From positions 1,280,001 to 1,344,000 of the forward strand of contig CAWETI010000003.1 in NCBI GenBank assembly GCA_963812015.1: 64,000 nucleotides of DNA, read 5' to 3'. This DNA is from an uncultured delta proteobacterium. GTDB lineage: Bacteria > Desulfobacterota > Desulfobaccia > Desulfobaccales > 0-14-0-80-60-11. How positions within the stretch are numbered: position 1 is the first letter of the stretch; each line of letters opens with the position of its first letter. Under the pieces are notes generated by a model. That model saw only the letters and a list, made by a program, of their open reading frames with translations. It made no database searches and was not told where the DNA came from. The position numbers and the translations under genes are program-made. Below are positions 1 through 9,614 of this stretch, in pieces.

Positions 1-432
1 AAACCCCTCCACCAGCAGGCCCATCTCGTCATAGATACAGAAATTCAAAGGTCCCACCAGGCGGGTCTTGCCATGGGCCCGGAGCCAGGCGGCCGCCGCC
101 TCAAACAGGGCCGCGGCTGCGTCCTGGTCCTGGATACACTCAAAGAACCCGAAGAAGCCGGTTTCCGGGCCATGATGGGTGTCATGGAGCCGGTTGATGT
201 GGGCGGACAGGCGCCCGATGGGTTTGCCGTTACGATAGGCCAGAAAATATCGCGCTTCCCCAATTTCAAAGAAGGAGCCGTGTTTGGGGTCCAGAAACTT
301 GCGCTCGTGGTCGAGGATAGGAGGGACCCAGTAGGGATCTCCCTGGTAAATCCGCCAAGGGAAGCGGAGAAATTCCCAAAAGGCCGCGTCATTCTCAACG
401 GGAGAAACCGTAATCTCCTCGGTTAAGTGCAT
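1..432 (-). CDS. YghO/bacterial ceramide synthase (bCerS)-like GNAT-fold acyltransferase, 3' end runs off the window
   Basis: Not in the ORF track. Manual translation from ATG at 432 (SD-like AGAGGT at 439-444) is open to base 1: MHLTEEITVSPVENDAAFWEFLRFPWRIYQGDPYWVPPILDHERKFLDPKHGSFFEIGEARYFLAYRNGKPIGRLSAHINRLHDTHHGPETGFFGFFECIQDQDAAAALFEAAAAWLRAHGKTRLVGPLNFCIYDEMGLLVEGF. The FPW.IY..DP.WVPP, GFFGFFEC and GPLNF...DE.GLLVEGF motifs match the YghO/bCerS family. Confidence 0.8.
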   Translation of the reverse strand, partial: MHLTEEITVSPVENDAAFWEFLRFPWRIYQGDPYWVPPILDHERKFLDPKHGSFFEIGEARYFLAYRNGKPIGRLSAHINRLHDTHHGPETGFFGFFECIQDQDAAAALFEAAAAWLRAHGKTRLVGPLNFCIYDEMGLLVEGF

Positions 433-443
433 CAATGTACCTC

Positions 444-1412
444 TTATTGGGATTTGGGCAGAACGATGCGAGCCTTCAAGCCTTCTTTTAAGGCCAGATC
501 GGGGTTGGGGACCTTTAACTCTACTTCATAGTAGGCAGGCTGATCCGGGCCGGAGGTAATTGAGGACCAGGAGATGCGGCTGACCTTGCCCTGGAATTTT
601 CGCCCCGGCAGGGCGTCCAAGGTCAATTCGGCCAGATCGCCGATTTTGATCTGGAGCGCCTCGATTTCAAAAGCCTGGGCCCGCACCACCATGGGGTCCA
701 TCACGCCCACTTGAAAGGCGGCCGGCAAGGGGGTCAGTTCGGCGTCAACCCGGATTTCGGGGTTGACCCAGATGACGTAACCGCTGATGGGCGCCTTCAG
801 ACTTACTTCCCGGGGAACCTGGCCGGATTTTAAGGAAGTCCCCAGCAACTGGCTCAAGACCTCCCGGTCCTGCTGGGCCAGTTGGCGGTCCTTTTGCACC
901 CTCTCCTGGATGGTTGACTTTTGTTTATTCAGAAACTGCATTTCCTGGGTAGTCTGGGCCAGAGTCTGGGGTGGGGCCAACTTTTTCTGGACCAATTGGG
1001 TGAGTTCCCGTTGTTTGGTCTGCACGGGCACGAGACTCCGTTCCACATCCGCCAGTTTCGTCTCCATTTCGGCAAGTTGGGGCGGCGAGAGACGTTGTTG
1101 GATTGCCATGAGGGATTCCGGGGCGAGGCTATAGGTCGCCAGGATTTCTCCTGCTTTTACGGGCTGCCCGGAGACCACCCGTAGGGCCGTGATGATCCCC
1201 TTAAAGGGCAGATCGATGCGCCGTTTCAGGGAGCAGAATAGTTTCCCGTTAAAGATTATTTCTGACTCCCCGGAGGGGGGAGGCGGCGAGGGCTTGGCGA
1301 CCGGAGCTTCGGCGGCGTATCCGGCCTCCAGGTTGCCTAGGCCCAGGCAGATGGCCAAAACCAGGCCGCCCAGGGCTAACCGCTTACTTTTGCCAAGAGT
1401 TCTCATCCACAT
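444..1412 (-). CDS. Efflux periplasmic adaptor (MacA/HlyD-type membrane fusion protein)
   Basis: N-terminal hydrophobic segment, lipoyl half-motifs (V.SGQ.VKAGE.LA, LKAPISGYV), coiled coil, C-terminal LKEGLKARI; adjacent to TolC and ABC genes. Confidence 0.85.
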   Translation of the reverse strand: MWMRTLGKSKRLALGGLVLAICLGLGNLEAGYAAEAPVAKPSPPPPSGESEIIFNGKLFCSLKRRIDLPFKGIITALRVVSGQPVKAGEILATYSLAPESLMAIQQRLSPPQLAEMETKLADVERSLVPVQTKQRELTQLVQKKLAPPQTLAQTTQEMQFLNKQKSTIQERVQKDRQLAQQDREVLSQLLGTSLKSGQVPREVSLKAPISGYVIWVNPEIRVDAELTPLPAAFQVGVMDPMVVRAQAFEIEALQIKIGDLAELTLDALPGRKFQGKVSRISWSSITSGPDQPAYYEVELKVPNPDLALKEGLKARIVLPKSQ

Positions 1413-2862
1413 AAGTATTACCTAAGTCTCCCGAAAGCTCCCGAAGCTTCAGAACCGCCATGTCATACTGCAAGCCATTGCGTACCGCTTCCTTTTGGGC
1501 CTCCAGCACCTCTTTGCGACTTTCCAAGAACACCGGGAGCGTCACCTCTCCAGAGTGGTACCGTACTTCTTTCTGGTGAGTCTTGAGCCGAGCCAGTTCT
1601 TCCCGGGCTTGGGAATTTTTCAGGGCCACTTGTTTTTCTTGAATGTCCACCAGGTATTCGTACCATTTCTCTTCCAGAAAATTCGCTTTGACATCTTTTT
1701 GGGCTCCGATCTGCTTTAAAACGGCCTTTTGTCGGGAGACGTTGCGGACCCGTTTAAGTCCATCCCACACCGGGATCTCGAGACCGACGCCGACATAGAG
1801 GCCATGGGCAGTGGTCACACTCAAGGGGTCCGGCGTCTGGGTGTTGAATAAAATGGTGGGAAAGACCTTGGCGATGGCCAGGGAGACATTATAACCCTGC
1901 AGCTTTTTATGGATCTCGAGAGCCTTGAGTTCGTAGGAGCGGCTCTTGGCTTGTTCCAGGGAAGCGGTGGCCGGAGCGAAATTGCCCAAGACCTGGCGCT
2001 GGCTGTCCCGGAAATTAACGGTGATATCCTGGTTGGCCGGCAACCCCAAGAAATTCCTCAGGAGGACTGAAATCCGCTTAATGGACAGAGCGATTCCCTC
2101 CTCCTCGCCCTGGGCCAATTGCAATTCCTGCTGGGCCACCTTGACTTCCAGGGAGGTGCCGGTCCCTATATTCATCCGATTTTCCCCGTAGGTGAGGTTC
2201 TCCCGGGCCACCTTAATCAGGTCCTTCTGATAGCCTGCCAACTTGTTCAGGGCATCCAGTTGCAGGTAATAATTCCCCAACGCGTACAGACCCTGGGAAA
2301 TAACTTTGAGATGGGTGAGCACCGCCACTTGCGTGGCCAACTTCTGGGCTTGGAGACTGAAGTACGCTCCCATTGGGTTATACGGGTCCGTCGAAAAGCT
2401 TAAACTATAGGGTGCGCCGCTCAATCCTGCCCCAGAAGGACGGTTGACATAATAATAAGTCCGAAAAGTTAAGGGGGGCACCATGCCGTAGCGACTGTCG
2501 GTTTCGTCCATCCGGCGGATGTCTATATCCAGGGAACTCTGCATTAAACGAGGCGACCGGTTTATCGCGATCCTGACACTGTCTTCAAAGCTCAGCGGGG
2601 AGCCAGGAACAACGGTCTGGGCAGTCGGGTTCGACTCGGCGCCCTGGGCCTGCCGGCACACGCAGATAACCCCGCTGGCCATAACCAGTAGGGCGACGAT
2701 CAGGCAGGCTTGCGTGGCGGCGCTCCAAGAGGAGAAACTAAGAGGGGTTTGCCAGAAACGCCGTGCCGCTCGGGCGTTGTCAACCATAGCGTACAGAGAA
2801 CTCCCCGCAAGGCTGGTTCTGGTGGTCAGGCGCAATTGAGGCTTCCTGGTAAGTAGGCTCAT
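1384..2862 (-). CDS. TolC-family outer membrane efflux protein
   Basis: LSFEDSVRIAINRSP, GTGTSLEV..AQ..L, VGLEIPVWDG motifs; ~490 aa; overlaps both neighbours. Confidence 0.85.
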   Translation of the reverse strand: MSLLTRKPQLRLTTRTSLAGSSLYAMVDNARAARRFWQTPLSFSSWSAATQACLIVALLVMASGVICVCRQAQGAESNPTAQTVVPGSPLSFEDSVRIAINRSPRLMQSSLDIDIRRMDETDSRYGMVPPLTFRTYYYVNRPSGAGLSGAPYSLSFSTDPYNPMGAYFSLQAQKLATQVAVLTHLKVISQGLYALGNYYLQLDALNKLAGYQKDLIKVARENLTYGENRMNIGTGTSLEVKVAQQELQLAQGEEEGIALSIKRISVLLRNFLGLPANQDITVNFRDSQRQVLGNFAPATASLEQAKSRSYELKALEIHKKLQGYNVSLAIAKVFPTILFNTQTPDPLSVTTAHGLYVGVGLEIPVWDGLKRVRNVSRQKAVLKQIGAQKDVKANFLEEKWYEYLVDIQEKQVALKNSQAREELARLKTHQKEVRYHSGEVTLPVFLESRKEVLEAQKEAVRNGLQYDMAVLKLRELSGDLGNTYVDENSWQK

Positions 2863-3566
2863 TGTTCATAGAGGACGCCGTCTCGTATCGAACTGATCCG
2901 GGTGCATCTAGCGGCAATTTCGGGGTCATGCGTGACGACTATTACGGCAGTCTTACCGTCACTGACGATTTCTCCAAAATGTTCCATGATCAGGTGCCCA
3001 TGACTCCGGTCAAGCTGTCCGGTGGGTTCGTCCGCCAGGATGACCTGGGGTTGGTTGACTAAGGCCCGGGCCACGGCCACCCTCTGGCGCTCACCCCCGG
3101 AAAGGCGATTGGAGGAGTGGTGAATCCGGTGCTCCAGGTTCACGCGTTCCAGGGCGGCGGTAATCAGTTCCGGTCGGTCCCGGCGTTCAACTCCGGCATA
3201 GATTAAGGGAAATTCCAGGTTTTCATACACGGTGGAGTTTTCAAACAGATCGCAGCTCTGAAAAACAAATCCCACGCGGCTGCGACGAAATTCCGCCTGG
3301 GCGTTGCGATCCAGGTTGAGCACATCTCTACCCCCCAGGAAATACGAGCCGCTGGTGGGATGGAGAAAAATCCCCAGGATAAAGAGTAAGGTGGACTTCC
3401 CGGACCCGGAAGGCCCCATGATCGCCAGAATCTCCCCGGGGTAGACCTTCATGTTGACATCGCGCAGCACGTGGATCATATCGATGCCATTGTCGTAGGT
3501 CTTGTACAGGTCGGACACCTGAATCAAGGCGCCGTTGGCCTGCAGGGTAGATGCCGACTCATTCAT
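2859..3566 (-). CDS. ABC transporter ATP-binding protein (LolD/MacB-like)
   Basis: Walker A GPSGSGKST, signature LSGGERQR, Walker B ILADEPTG, H-loop VVTHD. Confidence 0.95.
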   Translation of the reverse strand: MNESASTLQANGALIQVSDLYKTYDNGIDMIHVLRDVNMKVYPGEILAIMGPSGSGKSTLLFILGIFLHPTSGSYFLGGRDVLNLDRNAQAEFRRSRVGFVFQSCDLFENSTVYENLEFPLIYAGVERRDRPELITAALERVNLEHRIHHSSNRLSGGERQRVAVARALVNQPQVILADEPTGQLDRSHGHLIMEHFGEIVSDGKTAVIVVTHDPEIAARCTRISSIRDGVLYEQ

Positions 3567-4734
3567 AGCGGATGGCGGTAACTACTTCCATGCGACTGGC
3601 CCGGATTGAAGGATAGAGGCCAGCCCCCACGCCAATCACCACCGCGAACAGAAAGGCCAGGGTCACTCCGAAGAGAAAGAGATTTTCCGGCGGTCGACTG
3701 CCGATGCAATAACTCAGGATCTCCATCATGATGCGGCCCATCCCGGCCCCTAAGAGGGCTGCCCCGCCGCTCAGGCAGAGAGCTTCGGCGAGGAATTGCG
3801 CCAGAATATCCCGATCTTCGGCCCCCATGGCTTTTTTTAACCCGATTTCCCGGGTCCGGGAGGTTACCGCGGCCATCATGACGTTCCAGATGCCGACGCC
3901 CCCCAGGAGGAAAGTGGCGCTGGTCGCCAGGTAGATCAGAAACTCGATCCACCAAGCCAGCTCCTGAACCCGTTTTAACGCTTCCCAGCCGCCCTCGACG
4001 TGAAGTTCCTCGGGTGACTGGCAGGATGCCACCACCCCGGGAATCGCAGCCGCTACGTCGCGAACATCATCCCAGGTGGTGCACCGCAGATAAAGACGGT
4101 CGGCCAACAGTCTGCCTTGAAAGCGATCAATGGCGGTGGTGAGGGGCAGAAACGCGGAGTTAGATAAGGTGCTATCGGTAACTCCCCCCAACACCCCGGC
4201 TATCCGATAGATCTCCTGGTTAATCTCCAGGATTTTGCCTTTGACGTTGGTGTCGCCAAAAATCTTCTTAGCCAGTTCCGCCCCTAAAACGATCTCCCGC
4301 TTATGCCCGGTTACGTCTTCCTCCCCGAACAGTCTCCCGGTTATCGGCCAGAAATTGCGGACCTGCCAGAAAGACGCATCCACCGCCATGGTGGTGAAGC
4401 CAAAGTGCTGGCCATGCCAGTTGGCTTGACCCCACTTGGCGGCTGTGAGGGATAATTCTTTGACGGCGTGGAGCTTTCTCAGGGCGGCGAGGGTCTGGTC
4501 CCGGAACCACTGGGGCCGGTAAGATCGAGTATTATCAAAGCTGATTCTGAGGATGGTGACGCCGCCGATCAGGTCAAGATTCTCGTTGAAGTTTTTCTTG
4601 ACCTCCCGGCTCATGGTGACGATGTTGAGGAAGCCAGCCACGCCCAAAGCGATAGCCAACACCACCCCGATATAGCGGCGGCGATGACGCAGTACTTGGC
4701 GCAAACTTACGCGTATGAGGTCGTTGAGCCTCAA
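3559..4734 (-). CDS. ABC transporter permease (MacB/FtsX family)
   Basis: GGVGIWNVMMAAVTSRTREIGLKKAMGA and GLYPSIRASRM motifs; large periplasmic domain after TM1; TTG start. Confidence 0.92.
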   Translation of the reverse strand: MRLNDLIRVSLRQVLRHRRRYIGVVLAIALGVAGFLNIVTMSREVKKNFNENLDLIGGVTILRISFDNTRSYRPQWFRDQTLAALRKLHAVKELSLTAAKWGQANWHGQHFGFTTMAVDASFWQVRNFWPITGRLFGEEDVTGHKREIVLGAELAKKIFGDTNVKGKILEINQEIYRIAGVLGGVTDSTLSNSAFLPLTTAIDRFQGRLLADRLYLRCTTWDDVRDVAAAIPGVVASCQSPEELHVEGGWEALKRVQELAWWIEFLIYLATSATFLLGGVGIWNVMMAAVTSRTREIGLKKAMGAEDRDILAQFLAEALCLSGGAALLGAGMGRIMMEILSYCIGSRPPENLFLFGVTLAFLFAVVIGVGAGLYPSIRASRMEVVTAIRYE

Positions 4735-4762
4735 GCAGGACGTTCCCCCAAATTAGTGTAAA

Positions 4763-6061
4763 TCAATCGCCCAGCATGCTGACGGCGGTGCCATTGGCAC
4801 TGGGATAGGTGGTAGAAAACCCACTCTCCTCCAGGAAAGCATCCGGCTGGGTGAAGTCACAAGCCCGGATACGATGTTTCTTAGCTAATTTTTCCAAAGT
4901 TTCGAGGACATAGCTAATCTGGCTTTCCTTGTGAGTGCTCATGTAAGCCGTGCGGATTACCGCCTGCCCCCGCGGCACTGCGGGATAGATGGCAGGCAAG
5001 GCAAAAACGCCATGCTCAAACATGTCGCGCGCGAAGAGAGCGGCTTTCTCTTCTGCCCCAATATAAATGGGGATGATGGGGGATTTTGAGTTTTTGGTAA
5101 TGAGGCCAATCTCCCGGTAGCCCGCATGGACACGGCGAGTGATGTCCCAGAGGCGGGTAACCCGGTCTGGGTCCTCGTCCAGGATATCCAGGCACGCCAG
5201 GACGGTGGCGGTGTTGCTGGCGGGAAGCGCCGCAGAAAAGATGAGCGGTTTGGAATGGTGCCGCAGATACTCCAGCACCGCCTCATCGTCGGCGGCAATG
5301 AACCCGCCGATGGAGGCCAACGCCTTGCTGAAAGTTCCCATGATGAAGTCTACTTCAGCCGTGAGTCCGAAATGATCGGCGGTTCCCCGTCCCCCCCGAC
5401 CCATCACTCCCAACCCATGGGCGTCATCCAGATAGATCAGCAAGTCTGGATGGCTCTTCTTCAGCGCCACCAGTTCGTCCAGGGGTGCCAGATCCCCGGA
5501 CATGCTAAACACGCCTTCGGTGACCAGGAGCAGGCAGCCGTTGGCGTTCTTCTGGCGGGCGGCCGCCAACTTGCGGGACGCAGCCGCGGCATCGTTGTGA
5601 CCAAAGGGGATCAATCGAGCCCGTGAGGCCTGACACCCCTCAAAAATGCTGGCGTGGCCTTCCCGGTCACAGACGATGATGTCTTGGGGGGTCAACATAC
5701 AGGCAATCGACCCCAAATTTGTGGTGAACCCGGTGGCGTGGACCACCGCCTTTTTCTTACCGACAAAGGCGGCCAGTCGATCCTCTAGGGTCTCGTGCAA
5801 GGTCAAGTTGCCGCACAAAAATCGGGATCCCCCGGGGCCACTCCCCCACCGACGTGCAGCTTTGGCCGTTGCCTCAATTACTCTGGGATCGTGTGTGAAT
5901 CCCAGGTAGTCGTTGGACCCAATCATAATCAGACGCCGGCCCGACACCTCCACTTCTGTGCCCCATGATCGGTCTATGGGCCGGAAGTAAGGGTAAAACC
6001 CTTGTTCCTTGGCGTCTTGGACCATAAGAGCAAAAGGTTGGCAGCGGTTTCTAAGTTTCAT
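4763..6061 (-). CDS. PLP-dependent alpha-oxoamine synthase, serine palmitoyltransferase-like
   Basis: GFYPYFRPI N-terminus (typical of Bacteroidota-type SPT), GSNDYLG, GSRFLCG, HASI, DDAHGLG, PLP lysine in GTFSKALAS. Confidence 0.8.
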   Translation of the reverse strand: MKLRNRCQPFALMVQDAKEQGFYPYFRPIDRSWGTEVEVSGRRLIMIGSNDYLGFTHDPRVIEATAKAARRWGSGPGGSRFLCGNLTLHETLEDRLAAFVGKKKAVVHATGFTTNLGSIACMLTPQDIIVCDREGHASIFEGCQASRARLIPFGHNDAAAASRKLAAARQKNANGCLLLVTEGVFSMSGDLAPLDELVALKKSHPDLLIYLDDAHGLGVMGRGGRGTADHFGLTAEVDFIMGTFSKALASIGGFIAADDEAVLEYLRHHSKPLIFSAALPASNTATVLACLDILDEDPDRVTRLWDITRRVHAGYREIGLITKNSKSPIIPIYIGAEEKAALFARDMFEHGVFALPAIYPAVPRGQAVIRTAYMSTHKESQISYVLETLEKLAKKHRIRACDFTQPDAFLEESGFSTTYPSANGTAVSMLGD

Positions 6062-6101
6062 AAAAGGATTCTACCCCCTCCCCCTCCGGTAGGTTTACAC
6101 C

Positions 6102-6130
6102 TTTTTAGTGCTATCTTAAGAAAATGTCAA
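6102..6130 (-). promoter_or_regulatory. Putative sigma70 promoter of the SPT operon
   Basis: Minus strand TTGACA (6130-6125), 17 nt spacer, TAAAAA (6107-6102), 40 nt upstream of the ATG. Confidence 0.4.
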
Positions 6131-6614
6131 TGAGATTTGTATTAACAAGTAGATAAACTCCCCCATACCGCCCATTGACATCTCGTATCCTACCACAAAC
6201 GAATCCATTTTTTGACAAAAAAATCTGCTGTCTCGCGATATATCGGTAAATATTAAAGATTATAACAATTTTTTTTTGAAATCCCCTAGTCTCCGGAAAA
6301 ATTTTTAGAAAGTTCACAGTGCTGGTCCCTTCTGGCATGAGGTTTGATTCAATCCGCAAGTTGGATGCGAACCCGTCTTGGCGCCCACCTGCCAACCGGC
6401 AAAGAACAAGGGAACGGATAACCCCCGGCGTCTCTGGCCAGGTTCCCCTGCCAGGGGATTAATCATTAGACCAACCCCACGATCTTGATGTTAAGCCTTG
6501 GGGATTGATCATGGAATGAATCCTTCCCCTGCTAAAATTGATAAGCGGCCCTATACAGGAAAAGGAACCAGAAATCCAGGAAATCCGGGCTTATAGTTCA
6601 TTCGCCTGCATTTT

Positions 6615-7091
6615 TTACAAACCGGCATCGCCAGGACCGCCAAACTCCATGGCCATGATGGTCTCCTGATTTGGATCGCAATCCTCCATGCTCAGACTGC
6701 CCTTGGGGCCGGGGCCTTTAGGAAGGATTTTCTTTACTTCGATCCGAAAGGGAACGACCTTCTCCTGCAGCTTAGCCTTGATAGCATTGATTTCTTTGAG
6801 CTTGGCCAGGATTTGTTTTTCATCCGGATTGTCAGCACGCCAGAGAGTCCTCAACTCCGCCTTTTTGACTAACTTTTCCTTGCGCAAACTGGCGGTGTCA
6901 TCCAGAAATTTCTGCCGCAGATCGAAAAGTTTTCCCGCCTGCTCCGGGGTAAGGTTAGCAAATTTACCCCAATGACCCCCATGCCCCCGGTGTCCCTTCA
7001 TCCCCCCAGGCTGCGCCCAAGAGGCAAAGGCCAGGCTCAAAAATAATCCCAGAGCCAGCAATACCACTACTGATAACTTCTTACCTTTCAT
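6615..7091 (-). CDS. Spy/CpxP/ZraP-family periplasmic chaperone
   Basis: Signal peptide, Gly/His-rich segment, LTPEQ motif, helical NPDEKQI..K.KEI; strong SD GGAGG. Confidence 0.85.
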   Translation of the reverse strand: MKGKKLSVVVLLALGLFLSLAFASWAQPGGMKGHRGHGGHWGKFANLTPEQAGKLFDLRQKFLDDTASLRKEKLVKKAELRTLWRADNPDEKQILAKLKEINAIKAKLQEKVVPFRIEVKKILPKGPGPKGSLSMEDCDPNQETIMAMEFGGPGDAGL

Positions 7092-7269
7092 TTTCCTCCC
7101 CCCTTGGCTTGAATTTCTAAGCCCGCATATCTGGCCCTTAATTATTAAACCCTAAAAATAAAATAAACCGGCGTGGCGTACACAAAATTTTCAGATAGAC
7201 AGGCGAGTGAGGAACTGAAGACATTAAATCAGGGATTTGCCGCCAAGCAAAATACTGCTTCTGAGATGG

Positions 7270-7820
7270 TTACCAATTTCCCCGGCCACGGCCGCCGGAA
7301 CCCATGCCGCCGCGCCCCCTGCCTTCGGTCCCTAGCCCATCGGGACCCTGCCCCCGAAAGAGCGGTGCGCCTTTCTCGTCCCGCACTTTCAGTGTGTGGC
7401 CGTTCTTTTTCACCTTGGCCGCGAGCAGTAAGGTCGTCTCGTCCTTGGCAACCTCAGAGCCTGTCACCTCCAGGGTATCCCCCTTTCTTAACGCAAAGCC
7501 TTGCTTATATACCAGGGATGACCTAACTTGATAGTAATATTGCCTTTATCGGTCTTAAGCACCAATCCCTGGATCGCCATCCCCGAGGCTGCCCGCCATC
7601 CCTGCATTCCATAGCGTCCCAGGTCCTCCACCTGTCCTTAAACCGTGGTCACGGTCTGGGGATTGTATACCTGGCGGCCCTGTGCTCCGAAGCCACCGTC
7701 CTACCCGCTACTCTGCCCAAGACCGCGACTTTGCACCGCCGCCGTCCAAGCCATTACCATTATCATGGTAAGAATAATCGGTGATAACCACCATCTAGTG
7801 CTCAAATGAATTTTAGGCAT
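7270..7820 (-). pseudogene. Degraded secreted OB-fold protein (YNP.TV.T..G / LG.PW / GDT.EV.GS / RDE.G.PL type)
   Basis: Reading from ATG 7820 there is an in-frame TAG (7703-7701), an in-frame TAA (7640-7638) and a 1-nt frameshift near 7507, while family motifs stay recognisable across all three lesions. Confidence 0.75.
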
Positions 7821-8137
7821 CCCTTATACCGGCCATGGGCTCCTCTGATAATCCTGCCTTGATATAAAGCATATTCAATTTCCTGAGGCCCGGCTTGAGC
7901 CCGGAATACCATCCCGGCAGCAGCTTGACCAGCATAACTCATGGGTAGGAAGGCGTTCATGAGTGCTCTGGGCCCCCACCCAACAGAGGTCGTATCGCCT
8001 GGGCCTGGCCGGGCGGGATGGTGGGGAAGGCATCAGGACAAAACTTACGGTATTCTCCCGGGGTTATGGCCGGGAAAGCATGAGAGCCGCGGTTGAGAGC
8101 GATGGAGCATTTTCTGGCCAACCCCTTCTGCATCCTC

Positions 8138-9385
8138 TTAGCCATTCGGCGTCCTGGGGGCGCAACTTATAAATCCCTGGTCCCGAATCCCCACCGTTGC
8201 CGGGTTCACCCCCCGGGAGGGAATCAGGCCGAGGAGCAGGTGGAAAAACCAACAACTTTGGGGAAAAAGCAGCCCATCAAAGAGTTGAAAATGCGCCAGC
8301 GCCGCGATAAGGGGGAACAGGAGTACCAGGGGATGGAAAAACAGCCCCGGCGGGGGTTTGAAGGCCAGGCCTATCAATCTGGCCAGGAGAATCCCCAGGG
8401 CGGCCAGATAGGTCAGGGTGAAAGGAAACCCCATACCAACCAAAAAAGTTAACAACATATTGTCGGCGCTGACGAGGTCGCGCACGTTTTGGGTAAAATG
8501 CGTTTTGGTGGCGTCCGGGTATTTGGTCTGGTAATCCTGAAGAAATATATCCCGGGGGGCCCGAAGGCCGATCCCGAGCCAGGGATATTTTTTAGCAATA
8601 CTCCAGGAGAAAGGGAAGTTTTCAACCCGGTAAGCAGGATAGGCCAGGGAGAGCTTGTGCCAGATGATTTTTTGATGAAGCACTCCCACCACCAGGGCCA
8701 TGGCCAGGCATAAGATCACAAAATATTTCCAGCGCAGGGTTCCAAATAAGACGCCCACCAGGCAGACTCCCAGGGGGATGAACACCACGGATATCCTTTC
8801 GCTGAGGCACAAAGTGATATAGCTGAGGGCCAGGAGGATGAGACCCAGGAGCATCAAGGGCCGCGACTTGCGGCCCAGCAGGGACAAGGGCGCAAAGGAC
8901 AGGAGCAGAATCACATTGGTGAGGGGATGGCTGCGGTCACAGATAAAATGTTCAATGTAGCCGGTGAGCATGTACCCCAGGAAGCTGAGGAGCAGCAGTC
9001 CTCCCAATAATCCCAGGCAGAGCCAGGTAAACCGGCGTTGATTTTCCGGAGTCTGCAGCAGGAGCCGGGCGCACCAAAATCCTCCCAACCCGGAGCTTAA
9101 TAAAGCGAACACCCGGAAGGAAGAAGGTAAGGGAGTGAGGCTGAAGGCCGCGCCCACCCCGGCCATCACCGCCAGGGCCGCGGAAATCAAGCATTCCGGC
9201 GACCTGAGCTTGATGGCGCCTCGGGGGCTGAGGACCACCGCCACCACCAGGGTGAGGAAACACAGCAAGCCGGAAAACAGGTTGGTTCTCTCCCCGGCCA
9301 CCAACAAGAACGAGGGGTGCTGCAAGACCAACTGGCAGGAGGTGGCGGCAAAAAATATCCAGATAACCTTTTCCGATCCGGTCAT
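8138..9385 (-). CDS. O-antigen ligase/Wzy-like polytopic membrane protein
   Basis: ~10-12 hydrophobic segments, YRVEN...SWSIAKKYPWLGIG, ADNMLL.FLVGMG, FHLLLGLI; start uncertain (9385 or 9505). Confidence 0.75.
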   Translation of the reverse strand: MTGSEKVIWIFFAATSCQLVLQHPSFLLVAGERTNLFSGLLCFLTLVVAVVLSPRGAIKLRSPECLISAALAVMAGVGAAFSLTPLPSSFRVFALLSSGLGGFWCARLLLQTPENQRRFTWLCLGLLGGLLLLSFLGYMLTGYIEHFICDRSHPLTNVILLLSFAPLSLLGRKSRPLMLLGLILLALSYITLCLSERISVVFIPLGVCLVGVLFGTLRWKYFVILCLAMALVVGVLHQKIIWHKLSLAYPAYRVENFPFSWSIAKKYPWLGIGLRAPRDIFLQDYQTKYPDATKTHFTQNVRDLVSADNMLLTFLVGMGFPFTLTYLAALGILLARLIGLAFKPPPGLFFHPLVLLFPLIAALAHFQLFDGLLFPQSCWFFHLLLGLIPSRGVNPATVGIRDQGFISCAPRTPNG

Positions 9386-9614
9386 TGCTGCCGATTCTCT
9401 TGGGGCCGCCACCCCGGTGAGGTCAAGCGGTTTGCTTTTTGGGAAAAATCTTAGTATGAAATTCACGTGACAGGTCAGCGCGCCAGGCGAGGCGTCCTTG
9501 CCCATTTGGCCTCAGATAGCCGGTGACTGGTGATGCGCAGCAGATTCGTGGGTTCGGTCCACCCAAAGCATTATTAACCTTATTTATTAGCAGATAATCA
9601 GGAGAAATGAAAGT

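Noticed and set aside
45..426. ORF-track entries 45-398 (-) and 73-426 (+)
   Set aside because: They are shadows of the real minus-strand GNAT frame 432 to <1, which carries family motifs
4763..6061. Biotin synthesis bioF
   Set aside because: No bio genes nearby, and the YPYF N-terminus plus a bCerS-like neighbour favour SPT; not formally excluded without a phylogeny
7701..7703. In-frame TAG as pyrrolysine
   Set aside because: The same gene also has a TAA and a frameshift, so it is a pseudogene
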